This document shows, piece after piece, positions 33,518 through 43,243 of a stretch of DNA of 64,000 bases. How positions within the stretch are numbered: position 1 is the stretch's first letter; each line of letters begins with the position of its first letter. The translations under genes and the position numbers were made by a program. Location: assembly GCA_035546615.1 (NCBI GenBank), contig DASZWM010000003.1, positions 92,902-156,901 on the forward strand, given 5' to 3'. The notes under the pieces are model-generated. The model saw only the letters and a program-made list of their open reading frames with translations, made no database searches and was not told where the DNA came from. The stretch is from Minisyncoccota bacterium. Lineage in GTDB: Bacteria; Patescibacteriota; Minisyncoccia; Phycocordibacterales; SBAW01.

Positions 33518-33868
33518 ATGGCACGCGTAAAAGGAGGTCAAAAATCGCTCAAGCGCCGCAAGAATATCCTTAAGCAGGTTAAGGGCTATCGCTTTGCCCG
33601 CTCCAAGAAGACCCGCGCCGCGAAGGAGGCTATCTTCCACGCAGGCAAGTACGCCTTCGCCCACCGCCGCGACAAGAAGAACGATTTCAAGCGCCTTTGG
33701 AACGTCCAGGCGAACGCGGGGCTGCGCGCGATAGACGAAAAGCTTTCCTACAGCAAATTCATGGGCGCGATGCGCAAGAAGGGCGTACTGGTGAACCGCA
33801 AGATGCTCGCCGAACTCGCGCAGAAGTCTCCTGAAGCGTTCAACCGCTTCGTTAAGAAGATCTCCTAA
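33518..33868 (+). CDS. rplT: 50S ribosomal protein L20
   Basis: MARVKGGQKSLKRRKNILKQVKGYRFARSK. Confidence 0.9.
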   Translation: MARVKGGQKSLKRRKNILKQVKGYRFARSKKTRAAKEAIFHAGKYAFAHRRDKKNDFKRLWNVQANAGLRAIDEKLSYSKFMGAMRKKGVLVNRKMLAELAQKSPEAFNRFVKKIS

Positions 33869-33873
33869 CAAAA

Positions 33874-33902
33874 AGCCGCCGAGAAATCGGCGGCTTTTTT
33901 CG
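33874..33902 (+). terminator. Rho-independent terminator after rplT
   Basis: aaaaagccgccgag-aaat-cggcggcttttttcgtc. Confidence 0.65.
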
Positions 33903-34041
33903 TCTTCGTCAACGCCGCTTTGGCAGCACGGCGATCAAATGAGCGAGCAGCGCCTGCGCGAGCCGCTGCCGGTCTTCTCGGCTTTCCATGACTTCCTCCC
34001 GATGTGCGCCCTATATTAAAACAAGCGCCGCAGGTAAAGGG

Positions 34042-34644
34042 TCACAGCGTCGCTGTCGGCTCGAAGTGGAACGACGCCCTGTTTATCTTGTCCTTGTTGA
34101 CCAGCTCTATCACGCGCTCCACGAGAGCCTTCGGGTCGGTATCAAAGAGGATGCGGTCGTTGGGGCGGTGCCCGTTGGCGAGAATATCCTTGATAACCTC
34201 GTCGGTCTCCCAATCTGATTCCAGTATCCCGATAGGCTTCCTGTCCTCGAAGGCTATGGTGAACTCGTGTATGGTCCCGATGCGGCCGCAGCCGAAGAAC
34301 ACGGCATCCGACGAGCGGGTCAGGATAAGGTCGCGGCCCGGGTAGCCGAAGCCGGTATAGACGATGACGTCCATATATTCGATAGGCAGGTTGTAGGTCT
34401 CTACATGCTCCTTCTCGGTATTGGCCGGGGAAAAGCCGAGGCTGAACCCGCCGGCTTCCTTGGCGCCCATGGCGCTCCAGAGTGGAAAGCCGGTCGTAGC
34501 GCCGGTCACTATCATGGCGCCGTGCTTGGCTATCTGCCGGCCGAGCTCAACCCCCTTCTCGTACGCGTCGATGCCGCAGTGGCCGGTCTCGGCCGCGCCG
34601 GAGACGCAGAACTTCAGCTGCAAGTGAGCGTGCTTGGGATCCAT
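34042..34644 (-). CDS. LOG/TIGR00725-family Rossmann-fold nucleotide-binding protein
   Basis: 200 aa; GAMIVTGATTG glycine motif. Confidence 0.5.
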   Translation of the reverse strand: MDPKHAHLQLKFCVSGAAETGHCGIDAYEKGVELGRQIAKHGAMIVTGATTGFPLWSAMGAKEAGGFSLGFSPANTEKEHVETYNLPIEYMDVIVYTGFGYPGRDLILTRSSDAVFFGCGRIGTIHEFTIAFEDRKPIGILESDWETDEVIKDILANGHRPNDRILFDTDPKALVERVIELVNKDKINRASFHFEPTATL

Positions 34645-34657
34645 TTTCCTAATTGTA

Positions 34658-36019
34658 TCAGAAATCTATCTTGGCTTCCGCATTAGCCTCCGGCGCGATA
34701 GCCTTGGTGCCGAGATAGTCGCGGATGCGCTGGGCCAGGAATCCCGCCGAAATAGGTTCCCCCATCACGACGAATACTTGCTTGAGGCTTTCGGCGGTCT
34801 GATTGACGAACTCAAGGAGCTGCTCTGAATCCATGTGCGCGGAATAGCCGTAGATGGCCTCGATGCGGCAATGCACGAAGGTTTCCTGCCCCTGGAGCCG
34901 CACGTGCCGCTCCCCTTCCACCAGCCTGCGGCCAAGGCTCCCCGCCGCCTGATAGCCCACGACAAGCATGGTCGACTTCTCGTCAGGAAGCACGTACTTC
35001 TGATGCTCGTGCACGCGGCCGCCGTTGCTCATGCCGCTTCCGGCGATGACTATCTTCGGGCCCGGAAGCGCAGCCACCTTGCGCGACTCATCAGCGTTCT
35101 CGACGAACCGGAGCTCGGGAAAGGTAAAGATATCCTCCCCCTTCTCCAGCCGCTCGCGGATGGGGGCCGAGAAATACTGCGGGTACTTAAGGTACGCGGC
35201 CGTTATCTTTTGCGCCAGCGGCGAATCCGCGTACACCGGCATGCTTGGTATGCGCTTCTCGAGCATGAGCGCGCGGATGTCGAAGAGGAGGTCCTGCGTG
35301 CGCTCGGTCGAGAATGCCGGTATAAGGAGAGTGCCCTTTCGCGCGGCAGTGTCTTCAATGATGTCTTCGAGCTTCTCCCGATGCTCGCTGTCCTTGCTGC
35401 GCACGCGGTCGCCGTAGACGCTTTCCATCACCAGGTACTTCACGCCGCTCAGCGCGTCGATCTGCGGCAGCAGCAGAGAATTGCCGCTGCCTAGGTCGCC
35501 GGTAAACACGAGGCGCGTATCGCCGCGCGAAAGCTCGACGAGGCCCGAGCCCAGGATATGCGCCGAGTTGAGAAACCGGAACGATACGCCGTCCGCGAGC
35601 TCCTGTTTTTCGTGAAATGGAACGCCTTCCCACATGCCCATTGCGCGGGCAATATCCGCTTCGTTGTAGAGCTCTTCGCGGCCGTGCTTGCGCGCGTCGT
35701 GCGCGAGCAGTTCCATGCTGTCCAGGAGCAGGGGCTCAGCGAGCGCCTTCGTCGCTTCGGTCGAGATGATGCGGCCCTTAAAGCCGTCGCGAACGAGCTT
35801 CGGGATGCGGCCGATATGGTCAACGTGGGCGTGGGTAACGATAAGGACCGGAATGGAGGCGGGGTCGTAGGAAAACGGCTGCCAATTCAGTTCCTCCGCC
35901 GCATGCCTCCCCTGCGAAAGCCCGCAGTCTATCAATATCTTCGAGCCGCCCGTGTCGAGCAAAAAGTTAGAGCCCGTGACGGCGCCCGCGCCGCCGCAGA
36001 AGCGAATAGTCGATTGCAT
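34658..36019 (-). CDS. Beta-CASP family MBL-fold ribonuclease (RNase J/CPSF-like)
   Basis: HAHVDH motif, beta-CASP motifs, RMMBL-like C-terminus; start at MQSTIRF. Confidence 0.6.
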   Translation of the reverse strand: MQSTIRFCGGAGAVTGSNFLLDTGGSKILIDCGLSQGRHAAEELNWQPFSYDPASIPVLIVTHAHVDHIGRIPKLVRDGFKGRIISTEATKALAEPLLLDSMELLAHDARKHGREELYNEADIARAMGMWEGVPFHEKQELADGVSFRFLNSAHILGSGLVELSRGDTRLVFTGDLGSGNSLLLPQIDALSGVKYLVMESVYGDRVRSKDSEHREKLEDIIEDTAARKGTLLIPAFSTERTQDLLFDIRALMLEKRIPSMPVYADSPLAQKITAAYLKYPQYFSAPIRERLEKGEDIFTFPELRFVENADESRKVAALPGPKIVIAGSGMSNGGRVHEHQKYVLPDEKSTMLVVGYQAAGSLGRRLVEGERHVRLQGQETFVHCRIEAIYGYSAHMDSEQLLEFVNQTAESLKQVFVVMGEPISAGFLAQRIRDYLGTKAIAPEANAEAKIDF

Positions 36020-36032
36020 CGCGTTATTGTAA

Positions 36033-36062
36033 CAAAAAATCCCACCGAGGTGGGGTTCTTTA
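36033..36062 (-). terminator. Hairpin plus U-run between ndk and ribonuclease gene (terminator/attenuator)
   Basis: minus-sense ccccacc-tcg-gtgggattttttgtt, only ~17 nt before next ATG. Confidence 0.45.
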
Positions 36063-36253
36063 TCGGACTCCGGAGGCAAGCGTCTACTTTTGTGCAAAGT
36101 GGGTGTTCTAAGCGGTACACCACGGTGCCCCGCCACAACGAACTCCCTGTAGATCACTTAAGGACATTTGCCTCCGCAGTCCTGCCTTTAAGTATAGCCC
36201 TCCGCTTCTGAGATGCAAATGAAGAATTCCAGCAAGGTTTCACCTTGAGAAAA

Positions 36254-36841
36254 TTACTCGTCTATCCCAAAGCGCTTGTATTTGTGTATCGCGTTCTTGC
36301 CGAACCAGTGGCTTATCTCGTGCTTGGCCTCTTCGGGCGTCTCGCTTGCGTGCACGAGGTTGAAGACCGCGCGGCGCTCGGCATTGGCGTTAACCGGAGA
36401 GTCCGCGGAAAAGTCGCCGCGTATGGTGCCCATCTCGGCAAGGTACGGCATGGTAGGGCCTACTATTTTACGCACCATATCTACCGCGTGCACGCCCTGT
36501 ACCACTATTTTCACCATCGGGGCTGAAGACATAAAATCCAGCAGCCAGTTGCGCACGGTTTTGCCCACGCGGGTGAGGTCGGACGTGCCGAAATCCTTTT
36601 TGACGTCCTGGCCGTACTTGGCGTAGGTCGCCATCGTCTTCTCGCCCAGCCGGCGGATCCACTTCTCGTCCTTGGGGTAATGGTTGTCCATTTCCTTCCG
36701 GGTGGCGTGGAACATCTCGAGCGCGACTATCTTGAGGTCGCGCTGCTCGAAGCGCTTGAGTATCTCCCCCACCAGGCCCTTGCGGACGCCGTCAGGCTTG
36801 ATAAGGATGAATGTCTTCTCCTCCTTGGGGCTCATTTGCAT
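36254..36841 (-). CDS. ndk: Nucleoside diphosphate kinase (long form)
   Basis: NLVHASETPEEAKHEISHWF active-site region; GVRKGLVGEIL N-terminus. Confidence 0.8.
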   Translation of the reverse strand: MQMSPKEEKTFILIKPDGVRKGLVGEILKRFEQRDLKIVALEMFHATRKEMDNHYPKDEKWIRRLGEKTMATYAKYGQDVKKDFGTSDLTRVGKTVRNWLLDFMSSAPMVKIVVQGVHAVDMVRKIVGPTMPYLAEMGTIRGDFSADSPVNANAERRAVFNLVHASETPEEAKHEISHWFGKNAIHKYKRFGIDE

Positions 36842-36886
36842 AATGCCCGCACTCTACAATGCTATAAGAGTTTTTACAAGCTACTC

Positions 36887-37195
36887 CTATTCCTCTTCTT
36901 TTTTAGCGCGCTCTGTGAGGTCATCATAGACTATTTTTGCGTCTTTCAACCGCCCCTCCTGCCTTTTGGCCGCTTCTTCGTAATTTTTGATCGCCGTCTC
37001 CATTTCCAGAATCTCTTCGCCTGTCAGCGACCCTAGCGCCCGGCCCCTTTGAAGGCCAGCCCTTAGTTCATCCGCGTCCTTCTTACCTTGTTCCAAATCT
37101 ACCTCTGTTTCTTCAATGAAATGGCCTACTCTTGCTAGCCGGACCGTAAGGCTCTCCTGAGGGTCTTGTCCTGGGGCTCCGGGAGGTTTTTCCAT
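36887..37195 (-). CDS. Small coiled-coil protein, immediately downstream of T4CP-like ATPase
   Basis: 102 aa, heptad-rich, Glu/Lys-rich. Confidence 0.35.
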   Translation of the reverse strand: MEKPPGAPGQDPQESLTVRLARVGHFIEETEVDLEQGKKDADELRAGLQRGRALGSLTGEEILEMETAIKNYEEAAKRQEGRLKDAKIVYDDLTERAKKEEE

Positions 37196-37202
37196 TCTGG
37201 TA

Positions 37203-39989
37203 TTATATCCCGCTTGCGGCCAAACTCGCCGGCTCTTGGGTCATGCCCGCGCCCGCAAGGCTTTGTGCCACTTCAGCCTCTACTTCAGCCCTGGAGCGCC
37301 CGTATTTGAGGCTTGAGAGCTCCTGCATCTGGGCAACATTGTCGGCATGGCCCGGCTCAAACGGCAGCGTTTCTATGTTAAAAGGCTGGCTGGGCTTGCC
37401 GTTGATAAGGAGCTTCAGGTACGCGTTGCGGTTGTCGATATTCATGAGGTCCGCTGCCTTGAAGGTAGGCGCGAACTGCTTTTCCAAAAACTCGGCGTCG
37501 GTCGCGCCTACGCGGAAGGCGCACAGGCTTCCGACGTTGCCGAACACCGCGTCGCGTATCTCATCGGTAAGCTGGGCGATGAACTGATGCGCTACAGTCA
37601 GCGACAGCTTGTATTTGCGCGCCTCGGAGAAGATAGCGGCGATGGACGGCGTCGTAAAGTTCTGGAATTCGTCGATATGGAGGTAGAACGGCGGCAGGTC
37701 CTTCCCGACCGAGTCGGCCCGGGACAGCGCGGCGATGAGGAACTTGCCTACGATGACGAGGCCGAGCAGGTTGGCGTTGAGGTCGCCGATGCGGCCCTTG
37801 GCCAGGTTCACGAGCAGTATCTTCTTCGTATCCATAAGCTCGCGGAAATTGAATGATGACTTCTGCTGAGCGATGATGGGCCGCACTATCTCGTTGGTCG
37901 TGAACGCGTCGAACTTGTTGGTAACGTACGGCGCGTAATTCTCGAGCCCCTGGTCGCCGGAGGCCTTCATGGCAATATCCTGCCAGAACCTGGAGACTAT
38001 AGGATTACGGCACGCGGCAAGCTTGCGCGCGCGGAATTCGCCGTCGCTGAAGATGCGCGCGATGTCGAGCAAGGTGTTGCCCGAAGCCGGGTCTTCCATC
38101 ACCAAAAGCGCGGCGTTGCGGAAGTACTGCTCGAACGCCGGGCCCATGCTTTCGGGCACCGCGCCGAAGAGCTTCTTGAATATGCCGAGCAATTCGTCCA
38201 CGACGAGCGTCTTCTGCTCGGGGCGCGACTCATCGTACTCGAGCATGTTGAGCGCCATAGGCCGGTCTGTGGCGCCCGGGTCGAAATAGATGACGTCCTG
38301 CATGCGGTTTTCAGGTATGCGCGAAAGAATGTCGAGCACGTCGGAGCCGTGCGGGTCTATCATGCACAGCCCCGCGCCGGCCTCGATATCCTGGATGATG
38401 ACGTTCTTAAGCAATGTCGATTTGCCGGTGCCGGTCTGGCCGATAACGTACAGGTGGCGCAAGCGGTCCTCGGGGCTCAAGCGCACTTCCTGCGTAGCGC
38501 CGCGGAAACGGTTCACGCCGAGCACCGCGCCGGCGCTCGGGAGCGCCGCGGGCGGAGCCGATACGGAAGCGCTTTCCTGGCGCAGCTCCGGCGCCGCAAC
38601 CTTGCTGCCCGCGCCGGGCATATGCGCCAAAGTTGCGAGCTCGGCGGCCGAAAGCGGCATGGCGGTAGCGGCATCCAGGGTCCGATATGAAAAGGCGTGG
38701 ACAAAATTTCTGAGCTTGCGCGCAGGAATACCCGCGAATTCCAGGCCGTTGCCCGCCGTATCGGTAAACTGCCGGAACGGCCCTTCAATATCGCCCAGTA
38801 TCGCCTGCGCGCGCTCCCCGGTTGCCGCGGAAGCGACAATGCGAATATTGGCGTGGAGGATCGGGCTCGCAACCTTGGCTTCGATGTTCTTGATGCGCGG
38901 ATCGTCCGCGCCGGGCCGCTCGTCGGCGGCGAGCTTTTTTGAAGAAGAAAAGAGGTCCGTAAAGAATCCGGCGGCGCCCGACTTGATATTGGTCGCGGTC
39001 TTAAGCGGCACGCCGGCGCGTACTTGTTCAAGCGCGTAGCGATATTTCTTGAGCAGGCCGAAATCCTGCGGGGAAACGATAAACTGCACGGCTGCCCCCT
39101 CCGCCGCGGCGTCAAGCTTTGAGAACGAGTTCAGAAGCACGTCGAGCGGATCGTTCGGGAACGACTCGTATGTGCGCAAAGAGTATATCGGCCGGTGTTC
39201 AAGCGTCGCGGCCGCCGCAGCCACCTGCGAGCCGGGCGCGAAGGCGTTGTAGTCGTCCGGGCGCTCGATAAGCCGCGCGGCCGGGTACAGGCTGAGCAGC
39301 TGCTTCTCGAACAGCTCCTTCCGGGCGCGGGGCACGGCCACATACAGGCTCGTTTCCTTGGCGCCAGCGGGGTTCGCTATCTCGAACGAGAAATACTCGT
39401 CGTGCGCCGCATCCATCTGGAGCATGCCGCGATAGAACTGCTCCATAAGCGATATGTAGTCGTGCACGGCCCGCGAAGGGTCGGTCGGCTTTTCCGCGTC
39501 AGCGCTCCCCGGCAGGGTCACTTCATAAAGCGTCATCCCCAGAGCGGCGCGATACTGCCGCTTATCCGCTTCCTTGGCGGGCAATCCTTCTTTTATGTAT
39601 TCGACGAGAATACGGTGGAAGTCGTCTATGAGATGCGCATTGCCGGTGGCTTCGGCGGCGGCAATAGCGCGACTTACGCCGTGCGCCTGCAGTATCGCGA
39701 TAACGCCGCCCATCTGAGCGTCGTGCTCCTCTGGGCTCAGCTGCAGGGTAAAAGCCTCAGGATGCGCGAGCACCTGCGCGTCCAGTGTCCGTTGCGGCGA
39801 CACCTCCCGGCTCCATTTCTCGACGACCGCCTGCTGGGCGGCCGCGCTCGGAGCGGCCTCCTGCGGCACGCCTTCGCGCTTGAGGCCCGCCTCAAGCTCG
39901 GCCGCACGCGCCTTCAGGCTCTCTATTTCCTGGCGCGCGGCGTCAGAGGCCGCGCGAATTTCAAGGCTCCCAGCGCCTTTCACTTCCAT
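37203..39989 (-). CDS. VirD4/TraD/TraG-like type IV coupling-protein-type P-loop ATPase (FtsK/HerA superfamily) with ~520-aa uncharacterised N-terminal region
   Basis: C-terminal half: Walker A GQTGTGKST, IDPHGSD (cf. DPKG), Walker B IDEFQNF, VAHQFIAQL (HQ box). Confidence 0.6.
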   Translation of the reverse strand: MEVKGAGSLEIRAASDAARQEIESLKARAAELEAGLKREGVPQEAAPSAAAQQAVVEKWSREVSPQRTLDAQVLAHPEAFTLQLSPEEHDAQMGGVIAILQAHGVSRAIAAAEATGNAHLIDDFHRILVEYIKEGLPAKEADKRQYRAALGMTLYEVTLPGSADAEKPTDPSRAVHDYISLMEQFYRGMLQMDAAHDEYFSFEIANPAGAKETSLYVAVPRARKELFEKQLLSLYPAARLIERPDDYNAFAPGSQVAAAAATLEHRPIYSLRTYESFPNDPLDVLLNSFSKLDAAAEGAAVQFIVSPQDFGLLKKYRYALEQVRAGVPLKTATNIKSGAAGFFTDLFSSSKKLAADERPGADDPRIKNIEAKVASPILHANIRIVASAATGERAQAILGDIEGPFRQFTDTAGNGLEFAGIPARKLRNFVHAFSYRTLDAATAMPLSAAELATLAHMPGAGSKVAAPELRQESASVSAPPAALPSAGAVLGVNRFRGATQEVRLSPEDRLRHLYVIGQTGTGKSTLLKNVIIQDIEAGAGLCMIDPHGSDVLDILSRIPENRMQDVIYFDPGATDRPMALNMLEYDESRPEQKTLVVDELLGIFKKLFGAVPESMGPAFEQYFRNAALLVMEDPASGNTLLDIARIFSDGEFRARKLAACRNPIVSRFWQDIAMKASGDQGLENYAPYVTNKFDAFTTNEIVRPIIAQQKSSFNFRELMDTKKILLVNLAKGRIGDLNANLLGLVIVGKFLIAALSRADSVGKDLPPFYLHIDEFQNFTTPSIAAIFSEARKYKLSLTVAHQFIAQLTDEIRDAVFGNVGSLCAFRVGATDAEFLEKQFAPTFKAADLMNIDNRNAYLKLLINGKPSQPFNIETLPFEPGHADNVAQMQELSSLKYGRSRAEVEAEVAQSLAGAGMTQEPASLAASGI

Positions 39990-40022
39990 GCGGAAAGTAT
40001 ACCATCCGCCGAGTAAACGTGA

Positions 40023-40784
40023 TTACAATTGCGTCAAAACCTCAGGGCCGTCCTTCGTAAGCAAGATCGTATGTTCCGAATGCGCGGCGCGCGAACCGTC
40101 TTTAGTGCTGTAGGTGTAGCCGTCGCCCTTGTCCTTCATCGCTCCGGAGCCTTCGGCGAAGATAGGCTCGATCGCGATAACCAATCCCTCCGGCATTTTC
40201 TCCCCCGTTCCTGCCTTGCCATAATTCAAAATGCTCGGCTCTTCATGCACCGCCTTTCCCACGCCGTGGCCGCGAAGGTCCTTAACGATGCCGAGCTTAT
40301 AGCGCTTGGCCGCCGCCTCGACCGCAGCGCCTATGTCGCCGGTGTAACCGCCCGCTTTCGCGGCCGCGATAGCCGCTTCAAGCGCTTCCTCAGTGCCTGC
40401 TATAAGATTCTGGCCCTTGGCATCGGCCTTCCCCACCGCGACCGTATGCGCCGTGTCCATAAAATATCCCTGATACGAGAGTCCGAAATCGATTGAAACC
40501 ACGTCTCCCGCGCGCAAGATTTTGTCAGGCGAAGGCGGGCTATGCGCGATATCGTCGTTTATGGAAACGCACAGGGCCGCAGGGTACTTTTTTTCTCCCT
40601 TGGTCTTGTAGCCGAGGTACGACGGCTTTGCGTCAAGCCGCTTCGTGGCCGCGCGGGCAACTTCCTCAAGCTCCATCGAAGACACATTGGGCGCGACCTT
40701 CTCCAGCACCTCGCGCACCACCTGCGCCATGCGCCTGCCCGCCTCGCGCAGGCCGTCTATTTCTTTTTGCGTCTTCGCTATCAT
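40023..40784 (-). CDS. map: Methionine aminopeptidase type I
   Basis: Pita-bread fold metal ligands region (DVVSIDFG... HGVGKAVHEEP ... IAIEP); start at MIAKTQKEI. Confidence 0.85.
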   Translation of the reverse strand: MIAKTQKEIDGLREAGRRMAQVVREVLEKVAPNVSSMELEEVARAATKRLDAKPSYLGYKTKGEKKYPAALCVSINDDIAHSPPSPDKILRAGDVVSIDFGLSYQGYFMDTAHTVAVGKADAKGQNLIAGTEEALEAAIAAAKAGGYTGDIGAAVEAAAKRYKLGIVKDLRGHGVGKAVHEEPSILNYGKAGTGEKMPEGLVIAIEPIFAEGSGAMKDKGDGYTYSTKDGSRAAHSEHTILLTKDGPEVLTQL

Positions 40785-41383
40785 GAAAGCCCGAGCTTTG
40801 AGAGAATGTCCGCATGCACGTCCTCGATGCTGCGCTCGCCCTGTATCTCGACCACCTTGTATATCGGGTTGCCATCGAGGCGGGCGCGGATCTTCATCCA
40901 TTCGGCGCGGGTCCAGGCGAGGCGCTTGCGGATAATGTCCTCGGTGTCATCGGCGCGCGCGCGCTTGATGAGGCGCTTTACGCCCTCCTCGTCTGAGATA
41001 TCGATATGTACCACCGTGCACGACGGCCGCTTGTAGAAGGCCATCGTTGCGTCCACCACGTCCATCTGCGTTTCCGAGCGCGGAAAGCCGTCGGTCACCA
41101 GATGCTCGTCGCCCTTCATATTCTCGATCAGGTACTGCGAGAATACGCTGCTGCTTATGTTGAACGGTATGAGGTCGCCGCGCGCCATGATCTCCTGCAT
41201 GAGCCGGGAGGTGTGGGTGTCGCGGCCCGCGAGGTCGCGCAGGTTCTTTCCCATCTCGAAATGGACGACCGGGCGCGACGGGTCGAGGCGCTTGAGATCG
41301 GCATCGAACATCGTGGCATGCGTCCCCTTGCCGCTTCCCTGCGGGCCCAAAAATATGACTGTCTGTTGTTCCATATCCGCCAT
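40781..41383 (-). CDS. adk: Adenylate kinase
   Basis: P-loop GPQGSGKGT, LID and NMP-binding regions; start at MADMEQQTV. Confidence 0.85.
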   Translation of the reverse strand: MADMEQQTVIFLGPQGSGKGTHATMFDADLKRLDPSRPVVHFEMGKNLRDLAGRDTHTSRLMQEIMARGDLIPFNISSSVFSQYLIENMKGDEHLVTDGFPRSETQMDVVDATMAFYKRPSCTVVHIDISDEEGVKRLIKRARADDTEDIIRKRLAWTRAEWMKIRARLDGNPIYKVVEIQGERSIEDVHADILSKLGLS

Positions 41384-41387
41384 CGTA

Positions 41388-41957
41388 TCACGAGACGAAC
41401 TCCCGGATAACCCGCACGAATTCCTGCTTTGCCTGCTCCAGTCCCCCATTGGGATTGCGGATAACAGCTGTTGCCTGAGCCTTGAAGGCTGTCTCATCCT
41501 CGTACCGCTTGCGGCGCGCCAGGAGCTCCACTTCCGTAATAGGGGCCCGGGAGCGGATGCGCTGTTCAAGATCCTCCCAAGAACCGGCATCGATAAATAT
41601 CATGCGCAGTATATCGGCCGGAACTGCCGTCTGTATCTGGCGGGCGCCCTGTACTTCGACCTCGCGGACCACATTCTTACCCTGTTCGAGCGCCGGGAGT
41701 ATCTCTCCCTTGAGCGTGCCGTAGTAGTTACCTCCATACGAAGCCCACTCCAAAAAGTCTCCGGCAACTTCTCTTTTTTCGAATTCCTCCTTGGTTATGA
41801 AAAAATACTTTTCTCCTTCGACTTCGCCGGGGCGGGGCGTACGGGTCGTGCAGGAGCGCGGAAATATAAGTTCGGGCATCTGTTCGTGCAGATAGCTCAA
41901 CAGGGCGCTTTTCCCGCTACCGGAAGGGCCGATAACGAGAATAAATTTGCCTTGCAT
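41388..41957 (-). CDS. gmk: Guanylate kinase
   Basis: GPSGSGKS P-loop, TTRTPRPGEVEGEKYFF, GNYYGT. Confidence 0.8.
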   Translation of the reverse strand: MQGKFILVIGPSGSGKSALLSYLHEQMPELIFPRSCTTRTPRPGEVEGEKYFFITKEEFEKREVAGDFLEWASYGGNYYGTLKGEILPALEQGKNVVREVEVQGARQIQTAVPADILRMIFIDAGSWEDLEQRIRSRAPITEVELLARRKRYEDETAFKAQATAVIRNPNGGLEQAKQEFVRVIREFVS

Positions 41958-41965
41958 ACGGATTT

Positions 41966-43237
41966 TTAGTACTCGCGGATGGAAATCTGCGCATCTATGC
42001 GGCGCGCAAGATCGAGGATTACCGAAACGACGATGAGGAGCGCGGTGCCGCCGAGCGCGAGCGTCGAGATGCCGGTGACGTACTGCATGAATATAGGCAG
42101 GACCGCAATGATAGCCAGGAAGAGCGCGCCCACGAACGTGATGCGCGTGATTATCTTCGCCAAGTGCTCTGCGGTGGAGCCGCCCGGGCGTACGCCCGGA
42201 ATGAACGCGCCGTTCTTCTGGAGGTTCTCCGAGATCTGGTTAGGGTCGAACGTGACGGCGGTGTAGAAGTAGGTAAAGAGGAACACGAAGACGAAGTAGA
42301 GGCTGCCGTACAGGAGCAGGTTCTGGAACGCGCCCAGAATAGAGGATGAAATGGCGAGCAGGACCGCATTGCTTGAAGTGGCGAAGAAGCTCGCGAACAT
42401 CTGCGGGATGAGGAGCAGGGACAATGCGAAGATGATCGGAATGACCCCGGCCTGGTTGAGGCGAAGCGGAAGATAGGTGGAGGCGCCGCCGAAGAACTTC
42501 ATGCCGCGCACGCGCTTGGCATAAGTAACCGGCACCGGACGCTCCGCTTCGCTCACGGTAACGACCGCCGCGATGATGGCGATAGCCGCAGCGAGGAAGG
42601 CCGCATATACGGGGATCTGCGCCGCATCGAACGAGAACAGCGCCTGGCTGATGTCCTGCGGAAGGCGCGACACGATGCCTGCGAAGATGATAAGCGAAAC
42701 GCCGTTGCCTAGGCCGAATTCCGAGATGAGCTCGCCTATCCACATGAGAAGCACCGAGCCCGCGGTAATGACAAGCAGGTTCACGAGGAACTGCATTGGG
42801 GAAAGCGCGCCCAGCACGCCCTGGCGCTCAAGTATCAAAAGGAAGCTGATGCCCTGCGTTACCGCTATCGGAACGCTCAGCATGCGCGTGTACTGGCTGA
42901 AGCGCTGGCGGCCCGCCTCCCCCTCCTCCTGATACAGCTGCTTGAGCTTCGGCACCATCATTGTAAGGAGCTGCATGATGATGGATGCGGTGATGTAGGG
43001 AGCCACGCCCAGCATCACGATGGAAAGGCTCGAGAGGCCGCCGCCGGAGAAGAGGTTGAGCAGGCCGAAGAACTGGTTATTGGAAAAGAAAAGCTCCAGC
43101 TGAGCCGGATTGACGCCGGGGATCGGAATAGCGGCAAGCACGCGGAAGACCGCGAGCGCGCCGAGCACGAAGAGGAGCCGGTTGCGCAACGACTTGTCTG
43201 CGAGGAGGAGGGTAAGCCGTTCTATGAATGCATTCAT
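41966..43237 (-). CDS. secY: Preprotein translocase subunit SecY
   Basis: 423 aa, 10-TM, conserved SecY segments. Confidence 0.9.
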   Translation of the reverse strand: MNAFIERLTLLLADKSLRNRLLFVLGALAVFRVLAAIPIPGVNPAQLELFFSNNQFFGLLNLFSGGGLSSLSIVMLGVAPYITASIIMQLLTMMVPKLKQLYQEEGEAGRQRFSQYTRMLSVPIAVTQGISFLLILERQGVLGALSPMQFLVNLLVITAGSVLLMWIGELISEFGLGNGVSLIIFAGIVSRLPQDISQALFSFDAAQIPVYAAFLAAAIAIIAAVVTVSEAERPVPVTYAKRVRGMKFFGGASTYLPLRLNQAGVIPIIFALSLLLIPQMFASFFATSSNAVLLAISSSILGAFQNLLLYGSLYFVFVFLFTYFYTAVTFDPNQISENLQKNGAFIPGVRPGGSTAEHLAKIITRITFVGALFLAIIAVLPIFMQYVTGISTLALGGTALLIVVSVILDLARRIDAQISIREY

Positions 43238-43243
43238 GGGTGT

